Shown: in pieces, positions 37,602-47,342 of the stretch
Position numbering within the stretch: the stretch's first letter is position 1
Layout of the letters: every line of letters begins with the position of its first letter
Origin: Candidatus Saccharimonadota bacterium
GTDB lineage: Bacteria > Patescibacteriota > Saccharimonadia > Saccharimonadales > CAIOMD01
DNA: 62,747 bases
Reading direction: 5' to 3'
Assembly: GCA_017992295.1 (NCBI GenBank)
Contig: JAGOOV010000001.1
Coordinates: 1-62,747, forward strand
Position numbers and translations under genes: made by a program
Notes under the pieces: generated by a model
The model's database searches: none
Told to the model about the DNA's origin: nothing
What the model saw: only the letters and a program-made list of their open reading frames with translations

Positions 37602-39047
37602 GTGATATTATCGTTCAAGGCCATGCTTAGCTATCGAAACAAGAGACTAAAAAGAACTACAGTAATTAGCTTATTTTTATTGGCCTCACTACTTGGTCTT
37701 TATCTTGCAAAGTATACCGAGCCTTTGTCTTTTGCTTGGCTATTTTTAATCATAATTCTGTACCCCATTACTTTAAATAAGAAAATTATTTTTGTAATTA
37801 TCTATTGTTTGCTAGCTGGATTTTTATTGGGTTGGTGGCGCGGGGGATATTTGCAAATAAGCAATAAAATTTACCCCGGATATTATTATAAAAAAGTAGA
37901 AGTTACGGCTAGAGCTGTAGAAGATAGCGTTTACGGTAACCGAAGCCAAATTACCTTTACAACAGAAGATGCCGTTTTAGACCAGAAACCCCTGCCGGGC
38001 AAAATCAAAGTAAGCGGTTTTGGTGAACCGATGGTGTATCGTCATGATCTGGTGAGAATTAAAGGTAAAATGTACCCTTCTCGAGGTGGAAAGCAAGCAA
38101 GTATTTCTTACGCACAAATAAAAGTAATCGCTAGAGCCAGCAGTCCAATAGATAATTTTAGGCGCAATTTCGTAGCCGGCATGCAGAACGCTTTACCCGA
38201 ACCGGCTGCCAGTTTTGCGATAGGTTTATTAGTAGGACAAAGAAGTTTGCTCACAGAAGAATTGTTAGCAGTTTTAACGATATCCGGGTTAACACATATT
38301 GTTGCCGTGTCCGGCTATAACTTAACAATTATCGTTCGTGCTGTAACAAAGGCGCTTAAAAAACTATCTAAATTTCAAGTACTGGCGGTTTCTTTGGTTC
38401 TAATTTATTTATTTTTGTTAGTTACCGGGTTTTCTCCTTCAATTGTGCGAGCCAGTATCGTAAGCCTACTAGGGTTAACGGCCTGGTATTTTGGAAGACA
38501 ATTTAAACCGTTACTACTTATTTTACTAGCAGCATTTATCACCGGTTTTTACAATCCATATTATATTTGGGGAGATATCGGCTGGTATTTATCCTTTTTG
38601 GCATTTTTTGGTGTACTCATACTGGCTCCTTTAATTACGGCAAGATTGAAAATTAAACTTCCCTTAATAGGCGATATCGTAGTCGAGAGTTTATCGGCTC
38701 AACTAATGACTTTACCGTTGGTAGTGTTTATTTTTGGGAAAATATCGTTGATAGGTCTGGTAGCAAACGTGGTAATAGTGCCTATGGTGCCTTTGGCGAT
38801 GTTGCTTTCGTTTTTTGCCGGTTTGGCAGGGATGGTTTCCCCGGTTTTCGCCGGTTGGATAGCCCTGCCTGCTAGAGCCATACTAGACATCATGCTAGCT
38901 TTAGCCGGTTGGTTCTCAGGCTTACCTCTTGCTCAAGCTAGATCAATAATCAGTGCCGGTAATATGCTGGTGTTATATTTGATAATTTTTATTTTCGCTA
39001 CAGCCCTTAATAAGCATATTAAAAATGGTAAAATGAGAGACAAGTAA
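37602..39047 (+). CDS. comEC: DNA internalization competence protein ComEC/Rec2 (channel domain only)
   Basis: FAIGLLVGQRSLLTEEL...SGLTHIVAVSGYNLTII competence-domain signature. About 10 TM helices and no C-terminal metallo-beta-lactamase domain. Confidence 0.75.
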   Translation: MILSFKAMLSYRNKRLKRTTVISLFLLASLLGLYLAKYTEPLSFAWLFLIIILYPITLNKKIIFVIIYCLLAGFLLGWWRGGYLQISNKIYPGYYYKKVEVTARAVEDSVYGNRSQITFTTEDAVLDQKPLPGKIKVSGFGEPMVYRHDLVRIKGKMYPSRGGKQASISYAQIKVIARASSPIDNFRRNFVAGMQNALPEPAASFAIGLLVGQRSLLTEELLAVLTISGLTHIVAVSGYNLTIIVRAVTKALKKLSKFQVLAVSLVLIYLFLLVTGFSPSIVRASIVSLLGLTAWYFGRQFKPLLLILLAAFITGFYNPYYIWGDIGWYLSFLAFFGVLILAPLITARLKIKLPLIGDIVVESLSAQLMTLPLVVFIFGKISLIGLVANVVIVPMVPLAMLLSFFAGLAGMVSPVFAGWIALPARAILDIMLALAGWFSGLPLAQARSIISAGNMLVLYLIIFIFATALNKHIKNGKMRDK

Positions 39048-39068
39048 CCTTGATTTTGAGAATTATTT

Positions 39069-39794
39069 ATGTCTGGACACTCTAAGTGGTCAACTATCAA
39101 AAGGCAAAAGGGGGCTAATGATGCCAAGCGCGGTGCCATATTTACCAAGCTGGGGAATCAGATAGCAATTGCCGCTCGAAACGGATCAGATCCATTAACA
39201 AACTCGAGTTTGGCGATGGCAATAGATAAAGCCAAAGCTGCGAATATGCCCATGGCTAATATTGAGAGAGCAATTAAGCGGGTTGCCGACAAAAGCTCAG
39301 CCACCCTCCAAGAAATTATGTATGAAGGTTACGGGCCGGGAGGCGTTGGAATTTTAGTAGAATGTGCTACCGACAACATTAATCGCACATATCCGGAAGT
39401 TAAAAACACCTTTAATAAAAAAGGAGGTAATATAGCCGAAAGCGGTGCGGTTAGTTTTATGTTTGAACGCAAGGGTCAGATAATTGTTAAAGCTACCGGT
39501 GATAATGCGATGCTGGCAATACTAGAAGCGGGCGCCGAAGACGCCTACGAGGAAGGTAGTGAAATTATTGTAACCACAGGTTTTAAAGAGTTAGCAAAAG
39601 TTAAAGGAGCTATAGAGGCCCAGGGCTTAAACATAGCGGGAGCAGAATTGGTTTATTTACCAAAAAACACAATAGAAATTACGGATAAGGAAACGGCTAA
39701 AAAAATAATTAATCTAATGAGCGCACTAGACGAGTTAGATGATGTGATTGGAACATACACTAACTTTGATATTGCCGATTCTGTTGAGGTTTGA
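39069..39794 (+). CDS. yebC: YebC/PmpR family DNA-binding regulator
   Basis: MSGHSKWSTIKRQKGANDAKRG. Confidence 0.9.
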   Translation: MSGHSKWSTIKRQKGANDAKRGAIFTKLGNQIAIAARNGSDPLTNSSLAMAIDKAKAANMPMANIERAIKRVADKSSATLQEIMYEGYGPGGVGILVECATDNINRTYPEVKNTFNKKGGNIAESGAVSFMFERKGQIIVKATGDNAMLAILEAGAEDAYEEGSEIIVTTGFKELAKVKGAIEAQGLNIAGAELVYLPKNTIEITDKETAKKIINLMSALDELDDVIGTYTNFDIADSVEV

Positions 39795-39800
39795 AACAGT

Positions 39801-40280
39801 TTGAAAATTTTGGGTATTGATCCTGGTACGGGAATAGTCGGCTTCGGAGTTATCGAAAGTGATAGTAGAAACCACGAAATGCTCGATGCCGGCGTAATAC
39901 GCACTTACAAAAATCAACCATCCGAACAGCGATTAAAATTAATTTTTGAAAGCATTAACGAAATAATAGAGACTAATAAGCCCGACTTGATGGTTGTCGA
40001 AAGGCTGTTTTTTGCTCGTAATGTAACAACCGCAATGTCTGTAAGCCAAGCGAGAGGAGTAATATTATTAGCGGCAGCCTTAAGGGTCTTGCCTACCTAT
40101 GAATACACCCCCTTGCAAATTAAACAGGCTCTAACCGGCTATGGTCGTGCTGAAAAATCCCAAATACAAGAAATGGTTAAAGTATTGCTTAAGCTTAAGG
40201 CGGTCCCTAAACCTGATGATTGTGCTGATGCCTTGGCGGCTGCACTTACTTACGCTACGGCGCCAAAAACTTCATTTTAA
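39801..40280 (+). CDS. ruvC: crossover junction endodeoxyribonuclease RuvC
   Basis: ILGIDPGTGIVGFGVIE and the ...DCADALAAAL catalytic Asp context. TTG start. Confidence 0.9.
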   Translation: MKILGIDPGTGIVGFGVIESDSRNHEMLDAGVIRTYKNQPSEQRLKLIFESINEIIETNKPDLMVVERLFFARNVTTAMSVSQARGVILLAAALRVLPTYEYTPLQIKQALTGYGRAEKSQIQEMVKVLLKLKAVPKPDDCADALAAALTYATAPKTSF

Positions 40281-40298
40281 TCTGTTATACTTTAATTA

Positions 40299-40883
40299 AT
40301 GATAGCAACTTTAGTAGGTACGGTAGCAGAAAAGCTAGCAGACCAAGTTATTTTAGAGGTAAATGGTATCGGTTACGAATTGAGCGTTAGCCAGGAAGAT
40401 TCGGTATCTGTAAAAGTCGGAGCGGAATTAAAATTTTATATTTATGAGCACATAAGGGAACAATCTTATGACTTATTCGGGTTTACAAACCGGGAGTCTA
40501 AAAGGCTGTTTGAACAATTATTGGATGTGACCGGGGTTGGTCCAAAAATGGCGCTTTCAGTTTTAAATATAGGAAAAACCACAGAAGTAAAAACGGCTAT
40601 CGCTGAAGGTAATGTCAAAGCTTTGCAGGCAGCTAATGGTGTCGGCCAAAGAGTGGCGGAACGAATCATTGTTGATTTAAAAGATAAAATAGGGTTGGGC
40701 GAAAACCCGGAGGCTACCACGTTTTTAACTAACCCGGTAACTAACCGTTTTGACGAAGCGCAGGAAGCCTTAGTTTCGCTAGGTTTTAATGCGCGCGATG
40801 CGGCTTTAGCTTTAAGCGGGGTAGATAGTAGTTTACCGACAGAAGAGCGAATAAAAATCGCTCTAAAGGGGCGTAACAAATGA
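40299..40883 (+). CDS. ruvA: Holliday junction helicase subunit RuvA
   Basis: GIGYEL OB domain, HhH motifs ([22 protein letters not shown]). The TGA stop overlaps the ruvB ATG. Confidence 0.9.
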   Translation: MIATLVGTVAEKLADQVILEVNGIGYELSVSQEDSVSVKVGAELKFYIYEHIREQSYDLFGFTNRESKRLFEQLLDVTGVGPKMALSVLNIGKTTEVKTAIAEGNVKALQAANGVGQRVAERIIVDLKDKIGLGENPEATTFLTNPVTNRFDEAQEALVSLGFNARDAALALSGVDSSLPTEERIKIALKGRNK

Positions 40884-41902
40884 TTGATCGTTTAGTTAAT
40901 GCCGACAAAACAGACGCGTCAGAGAAACAGTACGAAAACGGGCTAAGACCTAAAGATTTTAAAAATTATATAGGTCAAGAAAAAATAAAACAAAATTTGC
41001 AACTGTCTATTAAGGCTGCGAAAAAAAGAGGTGAGCCGATTGATCACGTATTGCTTTACGGACCTCCCGGTTTAGGTAAAACTACGCTGGCAAGCGTAAT
41101 TGCCAATGAAATGGGCGCGCAAATACGTATTACGAGTGGTCCGGCAGTTGAGCGAGCGGGCGATTTAGCTAGCTTGTTAACTAATTTGCACGACGGAGAT
41201 ATATTATTCATTGACGAAATTCATAGGCTAAACAGGAACGTTGAAGAAGTCTTGTATAGCGCTATGGAGGACTTTAAGTTGGATATAATGCTTGGCAAGG
41301 GGCCAAGCGCCAGAAGTCTTAGACTTGATTTACCTAAATTTACAATAATCGGTGCCACCACCCGTACCGGGGCTTTGGCTGCGCCATTACGAGATCGTTT
41401 TGGCATGGTTTATCGCCTAAATTTTTATACCACGGAACAGATCGCTCAGATTGTAATCCGTTCGGCTAAGATATTAAAGACATCCATAAAAGGCCAAGCG
41501 CCCGAATATATATCTACTAGAGCTAGGTTAACGCCGAGGATTGCTAATCGCCTGTTAAAGCGAATTCGTGATTATGCCGACGTAAATGGCGATGGCATAA
41601 TTGACGAATCCGCTTCAAAAAAAGCGCTAGAACTGCTAGAAATTGATGAATTGGGGCTGGATGCATCGGATAGGATGCTCTTGGAAACAATTATCGACAA
41701 CTACGGAGGAGGCCCGGTGGGGGTCGAAACCCTAGCAGCCTTGATAGCTGACGAAAGATCAACCATTGAGGATTTTTACGAACCCTATTTGATGCAGATT
41801 GGTTTACTAGAAAGAACACCTAGAGGTCGTAAAGTAACAACCAAGGCCTATAAACATATTGGCAGAAAGCCGAATCCAAGCAGGCAATCTAAACTACTAT
41901 AG
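40880..41902 (+). CDS. ruvB: Holliday junction helicase RuvB
   Basis: [13 protein letters not shown], Walker [10 protein letters not shown], Walker [11 protein letters not shown]. Confidence 0.95.
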   Translation: MIDRLVNADKTDASEKQYENGLRPKDFKNYIGQEKIKQNLQLSIKAAKKRGEPIDHVLLYGPPGLGKTTLASVIANEMGAQIRITSGPAVERAGDLASLLTNLHDGDILFIDEIHRLNRNVEEVLYSAMEDFKLDIMLGKGPSARSLRLDLPKFTIIGATTRTGALAAPLRDRFGMVYRLNFYTTEQIAQIVIRSAKILKTSIKGQAPEYISTRARLTPRIANRLLKRIRDYADVNGDGIIDESASKKALELLEIDELGLDASDRMLLETIIDNYGGGPVGVETLAALIADERSTIEDFYEPYLMQIGLLERTPRGRKVTTKAYKHIGRKPNPSRQSKLL

Positions 41903-41911
41903 TATGTTGAT

Positions 41912-42478
41912 ATGAAAACCGATTATATAAAAGCCTCAACCGATAAATTGGATCGCAACGTAAAGGCGGTAATGATGCCTTATGAAAAACATATAATGAC
42001 GATTCATCAACATATCTTCATTCTTATTAAATACTCTTCTTTTATTTTGCTTGCTTGCTTATTATTTTTAGCATCCGTAATTGTTTTACTAAGCTCCTTG
42101 TCAGAAAAAGAAGCTCTCAGACAAGGGGTGATGATAGCTGCAGCCGTTGCGGTTCTTGGAACATCAGCGACGGTGCTATATGTAATTAATTTAGCCTACA
42201 ATCAAACGCTTTTAGCTATCACGAATTGTAGTGTGGTTCAAATTTTACAAAGAGGCTTACTTTTTCATAAAGTATCTCGTTTGTCTATGGCTGATGTCGA
42301 AGATGTATCGAGCGAGCAAAAAGGCATAATACCGCGGTTGTTTGGTTTCGGGACGTTGGTAATACAGACGGCCAGCGAAATGCCTAATTTCATATTCGAA
42401 AATTGCCCCAACCCCGTACGCGTTACGGAAATCATTTTAAATGCTCGCGATCAATATAACGAGAAAAACCAAGATTGA
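41912..42478 (+). CDS. membrane protein with bacterial PH-like (YdbS/YdbT-type) domain
   Basis: Two TM helices followed by ...GIIPRLFGFGTLVIQTAS... typical of bPH domains. Confidence 0.45.
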   Translation: MKTDYIKASTDKLDRNVKAVMMPYEKHIMTIHQHIFILIKYSSFILLACLLFLASVIVLLSSLSEKEALRQGVMIAAAVAVLGTSATVLYVINLAYNQTLLAITNCSVVQILQRGLLFHKVSRLSMADVEDVSSEQKGIIPRLFGFGTLVIQTASEMPNFIFENCPNPVRVTEIILNARDQYNEKNQD

Positions 42479-42483
42479 CAGCG

Positions 42484-42774
42484 TTATTCAAAAGGATTAT
42501 CTCGGCCATTATTAAACAATGACTCGATACTGATGTTTTTGTCTTGGAGTTCTTTAATCTTCTCGATAGCTTTTTCGTCTAACTTCACCAGCTTAACAGT
42601 AAGTTTTTTGTTTTCGATTTGGTCTTGAGTAGGTTCGGCGTTTGAATAATAAGAAATTACGAGAGTTATGTAACCAAACACCCCTACCACAAACAAAACA
42701 AAAAGGATTATTTTAAACCTTACAATAAGATTTTTTAGTGGACTTAGCTTGGTGATAATTGTCTTTATATTCAT
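42484..42774 (-). CDS. small single-pass membrane protein, last gene of the pilus cluster
   Basis: TM helix plus a charged C-terminus; 2 nt downstream of the pilO-like gene. Confidence 0.45.
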   Translation of the reverse strand: MNIKTIITKLSPLKNLIVRFKIILFVLFVVGVFGYITLVISYYSNAEPTQDQIENKKLTVKLVKLDEKAIEKIKELQDKNISIESLFNNGRDNPFE

Positions 42775-42776
42775 CG

Positions 42777-43391
42777 TTAAGGCTTCACAAAAATCGTTAT
42801 TATTAAATTAGCAGTTATTCCTTCGTTTTTTGAGTCTCTGCCTATAGTAATGCTTTTGACTTGCATACTTCTTCTGTTAAGTTCTATTTTTTGTAAAAAA
42901 TTAATTAAATTGTCATAACTAACGCTGTTTTTGATTGATAAATTAATATCTATCCCCATTACTCCGGGCATCCCTTCTACTGCTTTAGCTTGGGTCAGTG
43001 TAGAGTTGGCGGTTGCACCACCAGTACCAGATTGTCCGGTTGAGCCTGCTTTTTGTCCCAGGGTAGAATTAGGAAACTGAATACTATGTATTTGGACGCC
43101 GGTCTCGTCACTGATTTTGTATAATTCTTTTACTGCCAGAGCCTGATCTTTTTGTTTCGGTAAGATTTTCTGCAATATTTCGCCGACAGGTCTGTATTTA
43201 TCCAACTGTTTTCTTGCTTGTAAGAAATTTTGTTCAGTAATATCATGACCGATGTTATTTAATTTAATTTGGATAAGCTTCACTGAGCTTCTTTTCATTA
43301 ACACTGTACCCATATAAACTCCGCCGATAATTAATAAAATAATTATCACCAAACAACCTAGCAGCAAGTAAAAAAATCTTTTTGCTCTCAC
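42777..43391 (-). CDS. pilO: type IV pilus assembly protein PilO-like
   Basis: N-terminal TM helix, a coiled segment and its position after pilN, with a 4-nt overlap. Confidence 0.55.
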   Translation of the reverse strand: MRAKRFFYLLLGCLVIIILLIIGGVYMGTVLMKRSSVKLIQIKLNNIGHDITEQNFLQARKQLDKYRPVGEILQKILPKQKDQALAVKELYKISDETGVQIHSIQFPNSTLGQKAGSTGQSGTGGATANSTLTQAKAVEGMPGVMGIDINLSIKNSVSYDNLINFLQKIELNRRSMQVKSITIGRDSKNEGITANLIITIFVKP

Positions 43392-44029
43392 GGTTTCGCC
43401 CTTCCGTTTTGGGTTATGGAACTTAGGAAATAAAATGATGAGTCGGTTTTAAAAGTTACCCTAATAGTGGCAGAGTAAGGATAACTCGTTGTCGTAGAGC
43501 CAGAGATGTTACCTCCGGAAGCTGAGACGGCGTTATGATTTACCGATACTAGATCCGATTTATCAAACAAGCCGTTTTTAGGGTCGCTAATATTGACAAA
43601 TGCTTGGGTAGCCGCCTCACGGCTCTTAGCTAGAACGTTTAGGTCCAAAAAAGTACTATCGGCAGACAAATTAATATCGTTAAGATAGGCGTCATTAGGC
43701 ATAATATTGCCGATTTTTGTTAATATTTTTGATATTAAAATCTGTCTACTCAGTAGGCGCGTTACAACAGTAAAGTTGTTAGATAGTGTCTGCAATTCCT
43801 TTTGTGTAACTTCGACATTTTGGCGGGCCATTCTTTCTTTAGTTATTTTTTCGACTGACTGGAGAGATTTAATATTTTTATTGATGTAAATTTGACCTAA
43901 AACAATCATTACACTAACACCAATCAAAACCAACAACATTGCGACAATCCACCTAAACAGCAATCTGTTTCGTCGACCGTATAAAATATTTTCTTTGATA
44001 GCTGGAGGTAGCAGATTGATCATTTCCAA
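43388..44029 (-). CDS. pilN: type IV pilus assembly protein PilN-like
   Basis: INLLPP N-terminal signature followed by a TM helix. Confidence 0.7.
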   Translation of the reverse strand: MEMINLLPPAIKENILYGRRNRLLFRWIVAMLLVLIGVSVMIVLGQIYINKNIKSLQSVEKITKERMARQNVEVTQKELQTLSNNFTVVTRLLSRQILISKILTKIGNIMPNDAYLNDINLSADSTFLDLNVLAKSREAATQAFVNISDPKNGLFDKSDLVSVNHNAVSASGGNISGSTTTSYPYSATIRVTFKTDSSFYFLSSITQNGRAKP

Positions 44030-45102
44030 ATTTCTCCCGGATCAATTAAGGCCAGCCCGGCGGCTGTAACATACATTGATTTTTCTAGCTCATTGGGAGG
44101 TTGCAACTTACCGAAGGTTAAATTTTTCCAGGGATTACACATACGTGCGGGCATTCTTAGTTCGCTGGTAATAAATTCGGATAATCCAGGCATATTTGCT
44201 CCGCCACCCATAGTAATAATCTGTCCTATTTTGTTTTCGGTGTTGGTGCGTTCGTTGTAGTACCTAACCATTTTTTTAATTTCCTTGCTGAGAGAATTTA
44301 AAACCGGTCTTAAGGCGTCTTCAATGTCGTGTTGCTTTTTGCTTACGCTCAAGCCATATTTAGTTTTGATAGTGTGAGCTACCTGCTGACTAACATCCAA
44401 CTTGGTGCTTATAAGCTTAGTGAAGTTTTCACTACCTTCGGCCACCGTGCCCGTAACTATCGGTTGCTTGTCAAAAATAGTAATATCTACCGACTGCGAA
44501 CCGAAATCGATTAATATTGTCGGTAAGTCGTCTTCTTCGGCTTGAGCTATCAGCCTGCTTGAGGCTATAATAGTTGTTTCTAAAACACACACCTCCATAC
44601 CAATCATATTGGTATAGGTTACGTAAGAATCAACGATTTTTTTAGGTACGGCCACCACCAATAAATCGTAAGTGTCCTCGTTGTTACTCGTTATCATGAA
44701 ATCGAGGTACAAATCATCAATCAAAACTGGAATGTACTGTTGAATCTCTGATCTTACGGCTTCGTTAAGGTCTTTTTTGTTGAGTTTTGGCAAATTCATT
44801 ACTCGGTTGTAAGTTCTGGCAACCGGTAACCCAAGCGCAACTCGGCGAGTATCGATAGCTCCTATCAACTTTTTCTCAAAGAGCTCTTTTGTAGCTTTTG
44901 CCAGCAAAACAGGGTTAACAATTACACCGTCCTTAATGGCTTTTGGGTCGTAGTCGCATACGCCATAACCTACCGCTTTACGCTTTTTCCCTTTTGAGCT
45001 TGGATTTATCTGCATAACCTTAATGTTATTAGAACCGATATCTAATCCACAGATTAGCTTATCCTTGTAAAATAGTCTGTTCTCCATTTTAACCACAAGC
45101 AC
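44020..45102 (-). CDS. pilM: type IV pilus assembly protein PilM (actin-like ATPase fold)
   Basis: GLDIGSNNIKVMQI, ILIDFGSQSVDITIF, ITMGGGANMPGL. Confidence 0.85.
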   Translation of the reverse strand: MLVVKMENRLFYKDKLICGLDIGSNNIKVMQINPSSKGKKRKAVGYGVCDYDPKAIKDGVIVNPVLLAKATKELFEKKLIGAIDTRRVALGLPVARTYNRVMNLPKLNKKDLNEAVRSEIQQYIPVLIDDLYLDFMITSNNEDTYDLLVVAVPKKIVDSYVTYTNMIGMEVCVLETTIIASSRLIAQAEEDDLPTILIDFGSQSVDITIFDKQPIVTGTVAEGSENFTKLISTKLDVSQQVAHTIKTKYGLSVSKKQHDIEDALRPVLNSLSKEIKKMVRYYNERTNTENKIGQIITMGGGANMPGLSEFITSELRMPARMCNPWKNLTFGKLQPPNELEKSMYVTAAGLALIDPGEIWK

Positions 45103-45153
45103 CTTTAGTTATTACTTTAGCATAGTCAAGACTTTGTCTTTTAAGAGTTGTTC

Positions 45154-46740
45154 TCAAGGTTTTGTCAACACCTCTCTCCAGTAAAGTACGTTGTAAGTGC
45201 TGGTAATAGGAAAGTGCGGGGGAGGATTATAAAGGAAGTTGTAATTATATTGACTGTTATTGTGGTGTACCCCGGAAATGTATCTATTAGTAGAGGCGTC
45301 TCTAACGGCATCGCCACAGGGCGAGCTTCCTTGTAACCACGTCCATGTCCAGGTTTCTCGAGTCGCTACCGAGCCAAAAAACGTAAAAGTTTGATTGGGG
45401 CTAACCCAGCCTCGTGTACAACGGTTAGCATCCGTACGATAGGTCCCCGGATATAATACCGAACCGTTTTGGGCAATAATGGCAGCATCAATTTCGAAGT
45501 TGAAACTTCCGGTTTCCGGTGGAGCATATGGCGCAATCAAAACGTAGTTTTCGGCAACTAAACCAATGGCGTCACTACTGTTTTTATTGACAACGGTCAA
45601 ATCGTCGGCTATGACAATATTGGCGTTGGCAGTTGTTGCTAAGCGTCCTGCCGCTACCGTAACTCGTCCATGAAATCCGCTGGGATTGCTTCTGATCCAA
45701 ACATTATCTTCTGCAAAAATAACTCCACTGGCTGGCGCGGCGATGTTAGTAGCTACGTTTTGAAGCGATAAAGCGCTTGTGTAGGGAGTGCTTCTATCGT
45801 TTTCTGCGTTCACGTAGCTAACGTCGTAAGTATTATTAGAATTTAGTGTAATTAAATAACCTCGACTGATGCTATAAGAGCCGTTCGTGCTTCTTTGAGG
45901 TAGATAAGATGTAGTTCGCGTAGTAGGTGTTTGCGAGCAGGCGTTTGAAAGGTTGGCTAGCGATGCGGTTGACGGGTCAGAAGCGAAAGCTACCTTTTTC
46001 ATGGAACACAGATTGCTAGTTATTTTATTAAAATCAATGGTTGGCACAGGGTAGCGCCAATCTACTTTTGATCTGGTGTTGCAGTTGGGATTGGTTATGC
46101 TGGGGTGACACCAGACGCCAGGGTGGCTATTACCGTCGCCCCCCAAAGTGTAAGAAGGTACATAACTACTGTTAGAACTGGTGACGTCAGAAGTGTTGGG
46201 GCCGTCCATTCTTACACCGGAGTTAGAATGAACCGGTCCGGTCGCAGTCTCGGTACTACCGAACCATAGAGCCGAGTCCGAAGACACGGCGTAGCTGGCA
46301 TATGAAGGGGCGCCGAGTTTTGCGTCTATAGTTCTTGTTATGTTGCTGCCATGGGTCTTACCAATAGCTCTAACATTAACCACGGTTGAGCCACTGCCTT
46401 GTGGTTTAATCCACAGAGTATAAGTTCCTCTACTGACAGCATTATCGTCTACATAGTTATGCGTGTAAGGCCCGTAACCTAGTTCGGGATGAGGATTGAC
46501 GGGGGTTGGCTGACCGTCTCGAAAATCCTCATTATTGTGGCTTAGATGCCACAAGTAATAGTTGATACCGGCTTCAGCTATATTGAGCGCTTCCTGACTT
46601 TTGATATTATTTCCGACTATATTGATGTTGGTGTTGATGATTTCGACTAATGCGACACTAATAATGCCGATTGCCAAAATAAATCCGATAATCGTAGGTA
46701 AGATAAATCCCGACTCGTTGTTGCCGTTGATAGGTGTCAT
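45154..46740 (-). CDS. large PilX-like minor pilin / pilus-associated protein (528 aa)
   Basis: N-terminal hydrophobic helix GFILPTIIGFILAIGIISVALVEI followed by ...ALNIAEAGINYYLW (PilX_N-like). There is no Glu5. Confidence 0.55.
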   Translation of the reverse strand: MTPINGNNESGFILPTIIGFILAIGIISVALVEIINTNINIVGNNIKSQEALNIAEAGINYYLWHLSHNNEDFRDGQPTPVNPHPELGYGPYTHNYVDDNAVSRGTYTLWIKPQGSGSTVVNVRAIGKTHGSNITRTIDAKLGAPSYASYAVSSDSALWFGSTETATGPVHSNSGVRMDGPNTSDVTSSNSSYVPSYTLGGDGNSHPGVWCHPSITNPNCNTRSKVDWRYPVPTIDFNKITSNLCSMKKVAFASDPSTASLANLSNACSQTPTTRTTSYLPQRSTNGSYSISRGYLITLNSNNTYDVSYVNAENDRSTPYTSALSLQNVATNIAAPASGVIFAEDNVWIRSNPSGFHGRVTVAAGRLATTANANIVIADDLTVVNKNSSDAIGLVAENYVLIAPYAPPETGSFNFEIDAAIIAQNGSVLYPGTYRTDANRCTRGWVSPNQTFTFFGSVATRETWTWTWLQGSSPCGDAVRDASTNRYISGVHHNNSQYNYNFLYNPPPHFPITSTYNVLYWREVLTKP

Positions 46741-47342
46741 AGATTTGTTTTCCTATTTCTTAACGCGACTTGACTACTTATTAAAGAATCGCCACTGGCT
46801 ACCGGACTTATAGTCGGCACCGACAAGTTAATCTTAATACCTTTTATGGAGTGTAGGTCGCTTATCGGCAAGTCTAAAGTGTTGCTGGCGGAATCTAAGA
46901 ACTCGAAAGTTTTGACGGATGCCGATTCGTGAAAATCATGAATTATGGTGTATGTCTTGGTGTCGGTAAATATGGGAGTTCCGTCCGGAGGGTTGGCTGT
47001 CATGGGTGTAACGTCGGCCAGCAAAGATGTTTTGTGCTGGTTCTTATAGTATTTAACCAGCGATACATACGTATCATTGGGAGCGAAGTAAGCATAAACC
47101 GTTAATTCGTCGTTATTCGCCGAGGTTATATCAAGCAGCCCGCGCAGTACGTTGGTGACTCTTTGCGATTGCATGGCTAAATCACCAAACCTGATGCTGT
47201 CTTGTTGTAGGCTTAAGTATTCATTGAAAGCATTATTAAAAAAGCTAAAAGCTGTAGCGCTAACAATGCCGATAACTACCAAGACAATTAATATTTCAAT
47301 TATGGTAAAGCCCTTTTGGTGTAGTCGTTTATGGTACAACAA
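46737..47342 (-). CDS. prepilin-type N-terminal cleavage/methylation domain minor pilin
   Basis: KGFTIIEILIVLVVIGIVSA. Confidence 0.8.
   Translation of the reverse strand: MLYHKRLHQKGFTIIEILIVLVVIGIVSATAFSFFNNAFNEYLSLQQDSIRFGDLAMQSQRVTNVLRGLLDITSANNDELTVYAYFAPNDTYVSLVKYYKNQHKTSLLADVTPMTANPPDGTPIFTDTKTYTIIHDFHESASVKTFEFLDSASNTLDLPISDLHSIKGIKINLSVPTISPVASGDSLISSQVALRNRKTNL

Noticed and set aside
40880-40883. Considered an alternative genetic code (UGA read as Gly, as in some CPR lineages).
   Set aside because: TGA ends conserved-length proteins, such as ruvA at 40881-40883 and the ORF ending at 2923, and long conserved ORFs contain no in-frame TGA. The standard code 11 fits.
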